Part shown: positions 1-9,677 of the stretch, piece after piece
How the letters are laid out: each line of letters starts with the position of its first letter
Position numbering within the stretch: position 1 is the stretch's first letter
Virus record (IMG/VR): IMGVR_UViG_3300036851_000218
Location: 17,402 to 81,401 of that record
Direction: 5' to 3' (one strand)
From: a virus
DNA length: 64,000 nucleotides
Notes under the pieces: generated by a model
Databases searched by the model: none
The model's input: only the letters and a program-made list of their open reading frames with translations
Told to the model about the DNA's origin: nothing
Program-made: the position numbers and the translations under genes

Positions 1-2
1 TC

Positions 3-314
3 ACCGTTCTGGACGGCAAAGGCAACAAGATGATCCTGGGTGTCAATCCTAAAAAGGGCATGGTTGATGGTTCGGTTATGATTGAGGGGGGTGAACGCAC
101 GATGACACCCGAAGAGTATGTCGCCTATCTGAAAGACCAACAGATGTTCATTCAGGACGACATGAAAAATCGTATGATGGCTATGTATCTGGTTACTCGT
201 ACTGATGTTCCCGCAACTTTCGAACGACAGTTACCGGCTGGTGCAGCCGAAGGCGCTCAACTGCCTGCCACTACACCTGCGGATACAACGGCTGATTACG
301 ACAATCCGTTTTAA
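3..314 (+). CDS. 5'-truncated protein with acidic/aromatic C-terminal tail, probable single-stranded DNA-binding protein
   Basis: Frame is open from the window start (TVLDGKGNKMILG...). Ends in a low-complexity linker and DYDNPF, like SSB tails. Followed by a hairpin; lies in the replication module. Confidence 0.45.
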   Translation, partial: TVLDGKGNKMILGVNPKKGMVDGSVMIEGGERTMTPEEYVAYLKDQQMFIQDDMKNRMMAMYLVTRTDVPATFERQLPAGAAEGAQLPATTPADTTADYDNPF

Positions 315-319
315 TAATT

Positions 320-349
320 AGAGGGGGCGTAATTGCCCCCGTCTCTTTT
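320..349 (+). terminator. Probable rho-independent terminator
   Basis: GGGGGC-gtaatt-GCCCCC stem followed shortly by TTTT, just after the stop codon. Confidence 0.5.
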
Positions 350-362
350 AATAGGAGGAGCT

Positions 363-665
363 ATGCTGCATGTAATAGCTTTACTCATATCTTTACGCAT
401 CCTATTTCGGTTTCATTTCCGCCGACTTACGGGGAATACATCTAGCTGGACTACAGCGGTGGTGGCTGACCAACTAAACGAACAGGCAGCTAAACTACAA
501 CATCATTCTCCTTATTCTACTATCCGGCGTTTAATATATTATTGGATCATATGGAACTCTCGCGTCGTTCACCCCACCCTTGAAGGTTGGAACACTGCAC
601 AGTGGGTGTTTTGGGCGAACAAATGGTATGCGGAGGTTAAAGCAAATAACAGGGTGGGTTTATGA
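363..665 (+). CDS. Hypothetical protein with hydrophobic N-terminus
   Basis: AGGAGGAG RBS before ATG 363; ATGA overlap with the next gene. Confidence 0.6.
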   Translation: MLHVIALLISLRILFRFHFRRLTGNTSSWTTAVVADQLNEQAAKLQHHSPYSTIRRLIYYWIIWNSRVVHPTLEGWNTAQWVFWANKWYAEVKANNRVGL

Positions 666-1156
666 TTACGATTAATACAATGTTGTCCGGCTCACCTTTA
701 CACGGGGCGGTGACGATAAACGTATTTGGTGACTTTTATGTAGATGATGAAATTAATTTTTACGCAAACTTAACAGGTTCTAATGTAACCTGGGTAGACA
801 GTGAAGTTTATACTGGCTGTGAACTGAGTTCTGATTTTAAATTTCGGGACGGTGAATGGCTGTTAGACGAACTTGGTATCTTTGTTCCATCCACTAACGA
901 CAGGGCGGCATGGAGTCGTCGGATCGACACCCAAGTTATCCGTGATGAGGATATATCAAAGCAAGATCAACGTATAGTCGAACACCTGCTTAAAAGTATC
1001 CGTTCAGCAGGAAGACCGGAAACCTTAAAAAAGTTACGAGATGGGGTTATCAAAGATCGCGTGGATGTTTACGCTAGCCGAATCATCACTCTCGAAAATG
1101 AAATATCAGCGTTAGCACGTAAGCTGACACGGTATCAGGATATGCTTCATGGTTAG
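662..1156 (+). CDS. Hypothetical protein
   Basis: 164-aa ORF overlapping both neighbours by a few bases. Confidence 0.65.
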   Translation: MITINTMLSGSPLHGAVTINVFGDFYVDDEINFYANLTGSNVTWVDSEVYTGCELSSDFKFRDGEWLLDELGIFVPSTNDRAAWSRRIDTQVIRDEDISKQDQRIVEHLLKSIRSAGRPETLKKLRDGVIKDRVDVYASRIITLENEISALARKLTRYQDMLHG

Positions 1157-1844
1157 TAATAATATTGCTCAAATAATCCACATACCAGGAGGTCGAGTTG
1201 CAGCCAATCCGTTTGATTTTTATGACACGCCCAGGCATTTCATATCGGCTGTTCTCGACATACTACCAAGCAGCTTCTCGCCAACGAAGATACTCGATCC
1301 AGGCGCGGGTGGCGGTGGATGGGGATACATGGCGCGTTATAAATGGCCTGCGTCACACATCGAAGGCATTGAAATCCGAGAAGATGTGGTTGCACCACCG
1401 ACGGGTATCTACGACGTTTGGCGCACGATGGATTTCCGCCAATACGTTCCTGATTCGTCGTTCGATCTCGTAGTCGGCAACCCGCCCTACAGTATCGTGG
1501 ACGGTAAGCGGGATAACCTACTTGCAGAAAAGTTTATACGGACTGGTTTAGAAGCGGTTCGGGAAAATGGATTGGTATTCTACCTGCTTAAGACGGTGTT
1601 TCTGGAAGGTTCGGGGCGTGGATTAGGTTTATTCACTGAGATGCCACCCAACTATATGTTCCAGTCTATCAGCCGTATCCCGTTCCGTCCTGACTTGGGT
1701 AACAAAACAAATGCGGTTGCCTACTGCATGATGCTGTGGCAAAAGGGCAACGTAGCGTCGGAAACAAAAATTAGATGGTTTGATTGGCGGTTGGGTGGTA
1801 AGCTAGAGTATGTACGGGACTACCCTGCCTTAGAATTAAAGTAG
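1149..1844 (+). CDS. DNA amino-methyltransferase (N6-adenine/N4-cytosine type)
   Basis: DFYDTP, SAM-binding ILDPGAGGG and catalytic VVGNPPY motifs. Confidence 0.85.
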   Translation: MVSNNIAQIIHIPGGRVAANPFDFYDTPRHFISAVLDILPSSFSPTKILDPGAGGGGWGYMARYKWPASHIEGIEIREDVVAPPTGIYDVWRTMDFRQYVPDSSFDLVVGNPPYSIVDGKRDNLLAEKFIRTGLEAVRENGLVFYLLKTVFLEGSGRGLGLFTEMPPNYMFQSISRIPFRPDLGNKTNAVAYCMMLWQKGNVASETKIRWFDWRLGGKLEYVRDYPALELK

Positions 1845-1850
1845 ATTTAT

Positions 1851-4800
1851 ATGACAAAAATTGGAAATGTCACTGAACTGCTGACATTATGGCCTGATGA
1901 AGTAGTACCTAAAAGGGCAAGAGACGAAGTACACGTTCCTTGCCCTTTCTGCCCTGTTGTAGATCAATCTGATACGTATTATAAAAATGGTGTATCTTTC
2001 GTTGGTGACGACAGGTTTAAAATTTTCTCTGATGGACATGCGTGGTGCAATGTATGCGGTAGGGAAGGACGAGGCCATAATGGTGTTTATTTATTACCTG
2101 AGATAGCCCAACGTCTTGTTTTTGATGTAGCTGCACAATTTGATATTACACCGCTAGAACGAATTGTTGTACCTTTATCCACCATTGGCGAATTTGATCT
2201 GACACTGGCACATGCGTTGGTGCATCGAGATTACTGGTACAAGTTCGGATGGGATGATGTAACGATTGACTACTTCCGCTTGGGTTATTATGAGATGTAC
2301 CACGTGGATGGTCCGGTTCATGTTATCCCGATGGAAGTCAGAACTGATGAGGATGGTTCGGAAGTTAAATGGTTTCTGGAAGGCCGCAACCCCGATCCAC
2401 AGGAGGGTCAAGCCAAGACTAAGCGATTACGCGGATCAAGCCGTAATTATTTCTGGCACATTAACACCGACCCATCTGATAGGATGGTAGTGCTGGTAGA
2501 AGGTGCGAAGGATGCTGTAAGCGCCTATCATCTAGGTTATAAGAACATCGTAGCTAACCTGGGAACAGGCACATGGACGATGCGTAAGACGGCTTTCCTG
2601 AAACGTTTTGGCTATCAGAAATTTATCATCTTTGGGGATAACGATCCGGCGGGACAGGATTTCAGTCTTAAAGGTTATATATGGGCTGACAGATTGGGGC
2701 TTGACACCCAGGTAATTAAGTGGACAGACGACAAACGTGAGAACTACGACCTTACCAATTTACTGGAAGAAAACGGGGTAGAACAAACCCGCTTATACAT
2801 ACAGGATAACCTATATAAACCAAATATATCCCAAGAAGTAACCGCATCCAAACCTGTATTCATCCAAGACTTCCGTGAGGTTGACCCGTTTTACGAGCCT
2901 GAAAAATTAAATCTTATTACGTTAGACGACATTCGTGGTGATGGCGACCTGTCAATGCGCTCCGCTATCCGCCGCTACATAACATCTTATTCATCCCGCA
3001 AACGTAGAGGGCATGGCATCCTGCTGCTGTTAAACGCACCACCTGGGTCGGGTAAAACCCATGTCATGGTAGAGACTGCCGAGCAAGCTGCGTTAGAATC
3101 AATGCGCCGTAAGGCCGAAGAATGGCAAAAACTCACTGAGGATTATAATGACGCACTTAAAGCAATCGACTTGGCAGACGATCCAGAAGAGAAGGATGTT
3201 AACCGCAAGGTTTCAGAAAATATTAAGAGACGCATCGAAGCGTTCTCCCAGGCCGCTGTACTCTGGTCAACTCAATACAAATCGGGATTTGATAACTCGG
3301 TGGATGTCCCTATAGACCACGAATTGTGGTTCGAATTTGAAGCCCGTAACATTAACAACTGTGCTAACTACGAAGTTGCCACAACGTTAGGACAATTTAA
3401 TCACAATGTCGGGGCATATTGTGCCGTTGCTTGCCCTATGCGGGATGCTTGTAAGAAGCGGGGCTACTTAGCCCAGGACACCGAACGTCGCAGCAAGCCG
3501 ATTACGGTGGTACGACACCAGCATTTACGTGACAGTAATATGCTATCAGATTATACTGATCTGGTGTTGATCGATGAGTCGCCACTTGGTATTATCGACA
3601 CACCGATGTACTTTGAACCAGGGGATTTCCGTCCCCACATCTCCGGTTGGGAGATGGAAGTGGCGGATGGCGAAATGGTACACGCAATTAACCTGTTTGA
3701 AAAGGCGCTGCGTTCTGCTATCCAATCCAATTCTGGTGAGCCGCAGCAGTTTGAAAACAAGCTACCTAATGAACGCTACATGATTAGTGGTTCGAAGTTC
3801 CTGGCGCTGATTGATAGCAATCTGAAAGCCAGCAGCAGCGGGGCATTCGATCTGACACGGGTGGCGACTAAAATTGATCCGAAAATTCTGCATGATATTT
3901 ATCAGCCGAGTTTTCTGAATGGTAACATCAATGCTATCCAGCGCCGTTGTATGCCGTTTGTGTTTGATGCCATCCTGAAAGAGTTCGAACATTATAAAGT
4001 CGATCCAGATAATGAATTCCCTTCCGCGCTGCATCTGGTGGCAGGTGTGCTGGAAGTGTACGAGAATGACTCACTTAAGATCAACGCTTCAACGCCTGTG
4101 ATGGTAGCCGATGCAACCGCCGATATGCCTGAACTGTATGCAGGCGCATTCAACCGTGAACTGGACATCTATGCGCCAAAGGTTCGGAATGACAACGCCC
4201 ACATTGTTGTGGTGACAGGTAGTGATTGGACACGGGGAGAATTGGAACGCAAGATGGGCAGGCAGATACGGGATCGTGCCAACCGTAAGGCTGAATTTGT
4301 TCAGAATATGGCAGGTGAGAAATTCTACCTGCATGATATACCTACCAATCCTAATTTATACGATAATAATAGTCTACTAAAGGATTACGCAGATGCTATA
4401 TATTCCCTGGTCGAACATCATTCGTCTGTACTCGTTGTCATCCATAAAAAAGTGCGTGATATTCTTGAAGATGTGTTCCGGTATAAATATCCTGCGGCTA
4501 ATGCTAAAATATCCTGGGGACATTACGGTGCGCTTCGCGGGACTAACCAGTATAAAAGTTGTGATGCAGTGGTCTTACTTGGAGTCTCAAGAATTCCTTA
4601 TGATGTGGTATGGCGAAAAGTACAAGCCTGGGCAAGTCTACTTCAAATTGACACGCCTATTAAGTATCAGTTCGTTTACAAACCCAGGCCGTATCACGGT
4701 CAATATACAGGTCACTCATTCCGAACATTCGAACATCCATTTGCCCAACGCTATGTAGACATGGTGGAAGAGGGCGAAATGATCCAGTCGATGGAACGTA

Positions 4801-5096
4801 TTCGCCCTCATGCAACCACCGATGAGAAACACATTTATATCTTTGCCAGCCGTCCAGTAGGCCAGCATGTGACCACTGTGACGACTAAGACCCAGGTGCT
4901 TAATCTGTTCCGCAGTGACAGCAGCTTGAACCGTGTTAAAGACTATATGAGCAGCTATTATACTGAGTGTGGTAAGTTCCCAACCAAGCGTGAAGTAATG
5001 ACCGCATTAAAGTGCGGCTACGAAACCTACAAAGAAGCTCGATCCTTGACAGAAAATGAATTAGGGATTAGAATAGTCAGACAACGAAGACGATAA
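1851..5096 (+). CDS. Primase-helicase fusion: Zn finger + TOPRIM + SF2-like helicase/origin-binding domain
   Basis: CPFC...CNVC Zn finger; TOPRIM motifs VLVEGAKD and FGDND; Walker A APPGSGKT; Walker B-like VLIDES; ADATA; Cys cluster; late motif QSMERIR. Confidence 0.8.
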   Translation: MTKIGNVTELLTLWPDEVVPKRARDEVHVPCPFCPVVDQSDTYYKNGVSFVGDDRFKIFSDGHAWCNVCGREGRGHNGVYLLPEIAQRLVFDVAAQFDITPLERIVVPLSTIGEFDLTLAHALVHRDYWYKFGWDDVTIDYFRLGYYEMYHVDGPVHVIPMEVRTDEDGSEVKWFLEGRNPDPQEGQAKTKRLRGSSRNYFWHINTDPSDRMVVLVEGAKDAVSAYHLGYKNIVANLGTGTWTMRKTAFLKRFGYQKFIIFGDNDPAGQDFSLKGYIWADRLGLDTQVIKWTDDKRENYDLTNLLEENGVEQTRLYIQDNLYKPNISQEVTASKPVFIQDFREVDPFYEPEKLNLITLDDIRGDGDLSMRSAIRRYITSYSSRKRRGHGILLLLNAPPGSGKTHVMVETAEQAALESMRRKAEEWQKLTEDYNDALKAIDLADDPEEKDVNRKVSENIKRRIEAFSQAAVLWSTQYKSGFDNSVDVPIDHELWFEFEARNINNCANYEVATTLGQFNHNVGAYCAVACPMRDACKKRGYLAQDTERRSKPITVVRHQHLRDSNMLSDYTDLVLIDESPLGIIDTPMYFEPGDFRPHISGWEMEVADGEMVHAINLFEKALRSAIQSNSGEPQQFENKLPNERYMISGSKFLALIDSNLKASSSGAFDLTRVATKIDPKILHDIYQPSFLNGNINAIQRRCMPFVFDAILKEFEHYKVDPDNEFPSALHLVAGVLEVYENDSLKINASTPVMVADATADMPELYAGAFNRELDIYAPKVRNDNAHIVVVTGSDWTRGELERKMGRQIRDRANRKAEFVQNMAGEKFYLHDIPTNPNLYDNNSLLKDYADAIYSLVEHHSSVLVVIHKKVRDILEDVFRYKYPAANAKISWGHYGALRGTNQYKSCDAVVLLGVSRIPYDVVWRKVQAWASLLQIDTPIKYQFVYKPRPYHGQYTGHSFRTFEHPFAQRYVDMVEEGEMIQSMERIRPHATTDEKHIYIFASRPVGQHVTTVTTKTQVLNLFRSDSSLNRVKDYMSSYYTECGKFPTKREVMTALKCGYETYKEARSLTENELGIRIVRQRRR

Positions 5097-5105
5097 GGAG
5101 TTATC

Positions 5106-5375
5106 ATGTTAGTCGATCTAAAATATCAATACAATGTTTATGTGTTCTCTGAATACGACGTTGACCACGAAAATCTTGAAGCCTTTATGCAGTGTTTAGA
5201 TTATGACTCAGTTGAAGATTTCGTCAGCCGAGAAGTCCGTCCGTTTTCCCAGGTGCATATCGTTAATCCAGTAAAATTCCCTGATTTCAAGATTGAGAAA
5301 ATACACGACACGCCACCTACCCATATGCAGTATCCATTATTCAACGGATTTCCAATCGTTTACCTCTATAATTAA
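5106..5375 (+). CDS. Hypothetical protein
   Basis: TAAGGAG RBS; 89-aa ORF in operon. Confidence 0.6.
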   Translation: MLVDLKYQYNVYVFSEYDVDHENLEAFMQCLDYDSVEDFVSREVRPFSQVHIVNPVKFPDFKIEKIHDTPPTHMQYPLFNGFPIVYLYN

Positions 5376-5383
5376 GGACTATA

Positions 5384-5977
5384 ATGTTACCGCCACTCAA
5401 TTCTAGCAAGCAGGATTTGTTCGAAGCAATAGATGGGTTCAGTGATAACGCTAATGTCCTTCGCGTTGGTAGACATATTTACTTCTACGCTGATGTGGAT
5501 ACTGACACCGCTTTAGAGTTAACCAAGTTGTTGCGGGAAGTAGATGGCGAAGTTGAGTGGGATAAAACAGCAGGGGCTTTAAAGCCCATAATCCTACACA
5601 TTCAGTCAAACGGTGGCTACCTATCATCCGCCCTGGCTATAGCTGACATCATTGAGTCCCTTGACACCGCCGTTGTATCAGTCATTGAAGGGTGGGCAGC
5701 TAGTGCATCTACGATCATATCGACAGCCTGCGACAGTCGTAAAATCACCCGCAACTCAATCATGCTCATACATCAGTTCAGTGGATCGTTTTGGGGTACA
5801 TATGAGCAGTTTAAAGACAACCAGAAATTACATGAAATTCAGATTGAGCAATTACGAAACTTTTATAGAGATCACTGTAAACTTGGAAAGAAAAAAATCA
5901 CTGAGATGCTCAAACATGATTACTGGATGAGCAGCAAAGAATCATTAGAACATGGATTTGTAGATGAGGTTGTATAA
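5384..5977 (+). CDS. clpP: ClpP-like serine protease
   Basis: IYFYADVD, LHIQSNGG, AASAST (Ser), MLIHQ (His), HDYW...E..EHGFVDEV (Asp). Confidence 0.85.
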   Translation: MLPPLNSSKQDLFEAIDGFSDNANVLRVGRHIYFYADVDTDTALELTKLLREVDGEVEWDKTAGALKPIILHIQSNGGYLSSALAIADIIESLDTAVVSVIEGWAASASTIISTACDSRKITRNSIMLIHQFSGSFWGTYEQFKDNQKLHEIQIEQLRNFYRDHCKLGKKKITEMLKHDYWMSSKESLEHGFVDEVV

Positions 5978-6234
5978 TGGACAATGAATTCAGAATCACA
6001 ATCGATGTCGGTACAACCGAAGAGGGATTAGTTAAAATTCTGCTAGAGATGTTAAACTTAGTATCACATGAATATATAGATGCTGACGTATATTTTAGTT
6101 GGGCGGGAGATTGGACTGGTAATTTCATAGGAAGTTTTGATTTTATCCACTCAGGCTCAGTTAGAGAGGAAGCCGACGACATACTAAAAACTGCTGATAA
6201 GTGGTTAACAACTAAGTTGTTGGGGGTAACATGA
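5977..6234 (+). CDS. Hypothetical protein
   Basis: TAATG coupling with clpP. Confidence 0.6.
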   Translation: MDNEFRITIDVGTTEEGLVKILLEMLNLVSHEYIDADVYFSWAGDWTGNFIGSFDFIHSGSVREEADDILKTADKWLTTKLLGVT

Positions 6235-6458
6235 AACGTTACGTTGTTCGCTGGTTTAAGAATGGTAAATTAGCTGGCATATTGGGTACAGACGATAAAG
6301 ATGAAGCCCTAAAAGTTGCCGAAGTATACGCCAGTACCCCAGGAGCATCCAGCCTTGTACTTGACAATGTTGAACATAAAGACATAGCCGAATATTGGTA
6401 TGGAAGAGAACCCAATGAAAACATTTCAGAAAGAAAAGTTGGAGATACAGACGTATAA
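6231..6458 (+). CDS. Hypothetical protein
   Basis: ATGA overlap with the upstream gene. Confidence 0.6.
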   Translation: MKRYVVRWFKNGKLAGILGTDDKDEALKVAEVYASTPGASSLVLDNVEHKDIAEYWYGREPNENISERKVGDTDV

Positions 6459-6524
6459 AGTAATAGGATTTGTTATCGTCCTTGTAGTATATTTTCTTAT
6501 TAAATTCTATCGATAGGCGGTAAC

Positions 6525-8483
6525 ATGCCAGTTACATTGCGGGACTACCAAGCGGACACGCTTGATGCTATTCAATTTCAGTGGCAGCGGGGCTACCATT
6601 CAACACTGGCAGAACTCTTCACCAGCGCGGGTAAGACGGTTATCTTTGTTGAATATGTCAAGCGCCACATTAATCTAACCGACAAGCGGGTGTTGGTAAT
6701 GACACCCGCCCATTTGATCTTACAGACCAAGTTACGTTTCTTGCAATTCTATGCTGAGTTTGAGGGCTACACTAACACAGGCATCACTCAACGCCCGACA
6801 TTAGGTGTTGAGATGGCAGAGTTTACAGAACCGCAAGCCCGTTTAGTAATTGGTTCTGTGCCGACAGTGATTGATCGTGTACCAAGTGATTTTGAACTCA
6901 TCACGCCGCAGGATTTAACTGTGTTGCCGGATGGCGGCATCGTTAAAAGTGCAACCAGTAAGCGCAAGGTTCTTATATCCAGGCGAGTAGATGAAATTCT
7001 TCGTTACGGCATGATCGATGAAATCATCTTTGATGAAGCCCATCACGCCGTTGCTCCTGGCGGTTTCTTGCTCATCAATCGGTTGTGGGACATCTGCCGC
7101 GCATTAGACAGACCACTGACCCGACTGATTGGCTTCACTGCTACTGCTTTCCGTGATGACGGAGTAGCATTGTCGAACCTTTTCCAGACAATCTGCATAC
7201 GCCGCAATCAGAAGTGGGCAGAAACACACGGTTTTGTCGCACCGCTGAAAGACCCAATCCGTGTTCATGCACAGATACCGATGGGTAAAGAGGACATCTT
7301 AAAGACCGACAATTGGGCTACCAGCATTGTACAGGCGTGGCAGGAGAAAGGTGAGAACCGACCAACCTTCGCTTACCTGCCCAACGTAGCTGCATCCAGG
7401 GCATTGAATGATGCTTTTCGTGATGCAGGTATAGCCAGCGCCCATGTAGACAGTAACACCACAATCGATATTGATGGCAGCGTACATGACAAAGATTACC
7501 GCGACAACATCTTAAATAAAGTTGTCAAGGGTGAATGTAAAATTGTTAATAATTACGGCGTGTTCCTGGAAGGCACAGATTGCCCACCCGTATCGTGTAT
7601 GATATGGGCGCGAGAAACTGATAACGTCGTCCTGACAACCCAAGCAATCGGTAGAATCATTCGTCTATTTGACGGTAACGACTATCTGCCAGCCAAGCAG
7701 GATGCCCTCATTATCGATGTGACAGCGGGTGACTTAACAGTGTTAACCGCAGGTACATTAGCTGGCTACCGCATCGATCCACTCACAGGTTTGTACCAAC
7801 GGGTGGAAGACGATGAGGCCGAAGTAGAAACACTGGTAGATGGACGCGATATACGGGACACTCAGAAGGGTGTCATAACTTCTTCGGGTTTGATCTACTC
7901 GATTGGCAAACTGATCCGAAAATCGGGTAGTGACTGGTATCATGATGAACGCTTTGATGTTTTATCATTAGGAGTATCTGATAATGAGACACTTATTATT
8001 GTACCTCCCTTTTACACCCTTGCTACCCTTCTCGGTCAGGTACTTTCTGCCATTGAGGAATCACTCGAAACTTCATTCTCGCAAGAAAAGTATAAAGAGT
8101 ATGCCAATGTTGACTTCGCCAAACAAATGTTTGAGAATTACACATTATGGCACTATAAGAAAGGTGAAACCCCGAAAGAATTTGTACACAAAGATGTTTC
8201 CCTTGACCGACTGATGGACTTTGCTGTACCCTATATGAACGACGTAACCGATCTGCGTCAATCGTATGTCAGTAAATCGAGTAGCTGGAAACGCAAACCA
8301 ATGTCAGATGCACAAAAGAAATTCTTGACAAACCTGTGCAACCGACATAGAATGGAAATTGACAGTCATTGGACACAAGGAGATGCCAGCCAGATTATTT
8401 CTCACCTGTTGTCTTTTAATGAAAATGTTCGACTCCGTATCGGTCAGATTTATAAATCTATGCAAAGGTACATAAATGGATAG
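6525..8483 (+). CDS. Superfamily 2 DEAH-box DNA helicase
   Basis: LRDYQ Q-motif, TSAGKT, DEAHH, GFTAT, EGTDCP, QAIGRIIR. Confidence 0.9.
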   Translation: MPVTLRDYQADTLDAIQFQWQRGYHSTLAELFTSAGKTVIFVEYVKRHINLTDKRVLVMTPAHLILQTKLRFLQFYAEFEGYTNTGITQRPTLGVEMAEFTEPQARLVIGSVPTVIDRVPSDFELITPQDLTVLPDGGIVKSATSKRKVLISRRVDEILRYGMIDEIIFDEAHHAVAPGGFLLINRLWDICRALDRPLTRLIGFTATAFRDDGVALSNLFQTICIRRNQKWAETHGFVAPLKDPIRVHAQIPMGKEDILKTDNWATSIVQAWQEKGENRPTFAYLPNVAASRALNDAFRDAGIASAHVDSNTTIDIDGSVHDKDYRDNILNKVVKGECKIVNNYGVFLEGTDCPPVSCMIWARETDNVVLTTQAIGRIIRLFDGNDYLPAKQDALIIDVTAGDLTVLTAGTLAGYRIDPLTGLYQRVEDDEAEVETLVDGRDIRDTQKGVITSSGLIYSIGKLIRKSGSDWYHDERFDVLSLGVSDNETLIIVPPFYTLATLLGQVLSAIEESLETSFSQEKYKEYANVDFAKQMFENYTLWHYKKGETPKEFVHKDVSLDRLMDFAVPYMNDVTDLRQSYVSKSSSWKRKPMSDAQKKFLTNLCNRHRMEIDSHWTQGDASQIISHLLSFNENVRLRIGQIYKSMQRYING

Positions 8484-8489
8484 GATAAT

Positions 8490-9200
8490 ATGAGGTATCT
8501 CGGCGGAAAAAGTCGTTTATCTGGTAGGATTGTGGAACAGCTTGAAAAGCTACGACATCCTAACCAGATATATTTTGAACCCTTTGTAGGCTCGGCGGCT
8601 GTCGTATCTAAAATGGGCGGAATCAGGATAGCTTCGGATATCAATTCAGACTTAATTAGTTTATGGAGAGCCAATCAGACGGGCTATGAATTTCCTGAAT
8701 GCGTAACTAAAGACGAGTACGACAAAGTTAGGAGCAACCCCTCCGTGTTGGACGATACACCCCATCTACGGGCGTTTTACGGAATCTGTTGTTCATTCGG
8801 GGGTAAGTGGTTCGGCGGGTACGCACAAGGGGGCGGGAGGAATTTTGCAGACGAAGCCAAACGCGGTTTGCAGAGAATTAAAACTGAGATTCAAGATGTG
8901 GCGTTCTTATCTAAGGCTTATGATGCGTTCGCACCAAAAGGGATGCTTATCTACTGCGACCCGCCTTATGCCAACACAACTAAATATGATTTTGCGAAAG
9001 ACTTTGACACTTGCAAGTTCTGGAAAACCATGTTAGAGTGGTCAAAAGATAACGTCGTGGTTGTGTCAGAGTACACCTGCCCATTACCCGATACGGAGGT
9101 GCTGGCGGAGTGGGAGACTAAAACGACTGTTTCAAAGAGTCTAAACCTAAATAGCCACCGGATAGATAAACTATTCTTAATAAGGTACATCAATGATTAA
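8490..9200 (+). CDS. dam: Dam-family (D12 class) DNA adenine methyltransferase
   Basis: MRYLGGKS, EPFVGSAAV, SDIN, IYCDPPY. Confidence 0.85.
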   Translation: MRYLGGKSRLSGRIVEQLEKLRHPNQIYFEPFVGSAAVVSKMGGIRIASDINSDLISLWRANQTGYEFPECVTKDEYDKVRSNPSVLDDTPHLRAFYGICCSFGGKWFGGYAQGGGRNFADEAKRGLQRIKTEIQDVAFLSKAYDAFAPKGMLIYCDPPYANTTKYDFAKDFDTCKFWKTMLEWSKDNVVVVSEYTCPLPDTEVLAEWETKTTVSKSLNLNSHRIDKLFLIRYIND

Positions 9201-9423
9201 AATGCAAAAAGTTTTCCTGGCTCTATCTCGCCTACGCATCCCTGATAAAGCCTGTGTGGAAGTAACGGATATAACGGATGGAGTTAGCGTTATCCTTCGG
9301 TTGGGTATAGACCCCATCAATCTGCTTGTACCTGACTACATCTTAAATCTGGATGTGGATCAAATCGTCAATTACATCGGTGCAGAGTGGAATCCACATT
9401 TCCTAAATCGGGGGGGGGAATAA
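9193..9423 (+). CDS. Hypothetical protein
   Basis: 76-aa ORF coupled to neighbours; ends across a G9 tract. Confidence 0.55.
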   Translation: MIKMQKVFLALSRLRIPDKACVEVTDITDGVSVILRLGIDPINLLVPDYILNLDVDQIVNYIGAEWNPHFLNRGGE

Positions 9424-9677
9424 TGTTTAAATTAGCTTCTATCGCAGTGGGTGCAATTGTATATGGCTTTGTGGCCTACGCCTTACTCGCATTTCGATTT
9501 CTACCTCAGTGTGAATCATTCTTAGATGTTATCTATGTTGTCTCGATTACTTTTTCTATGTTTGGTGTTATGCTAACTACAACGGCACTTGGAGTGTCTA
9601 AAATAGAGGAAAAAAATGTACATTACAAATCCCGATCAAGCAAGTTGGCTACTAGAAGTTCCCGCATTCTCGGTTGA
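9423..9677 (+). CDS. Small two-TM membrane protein
   Basis: TAATG coupling; two hydrophobic segments. Confidence 0.55.
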   Translation: MFKLASIAVGAIVYGFVAYALLAFRFLPQCESFLDVIYVVSITFSMFGVMLTTTALGVSKIEEKNVHYKSRSSKLATRSSRILG

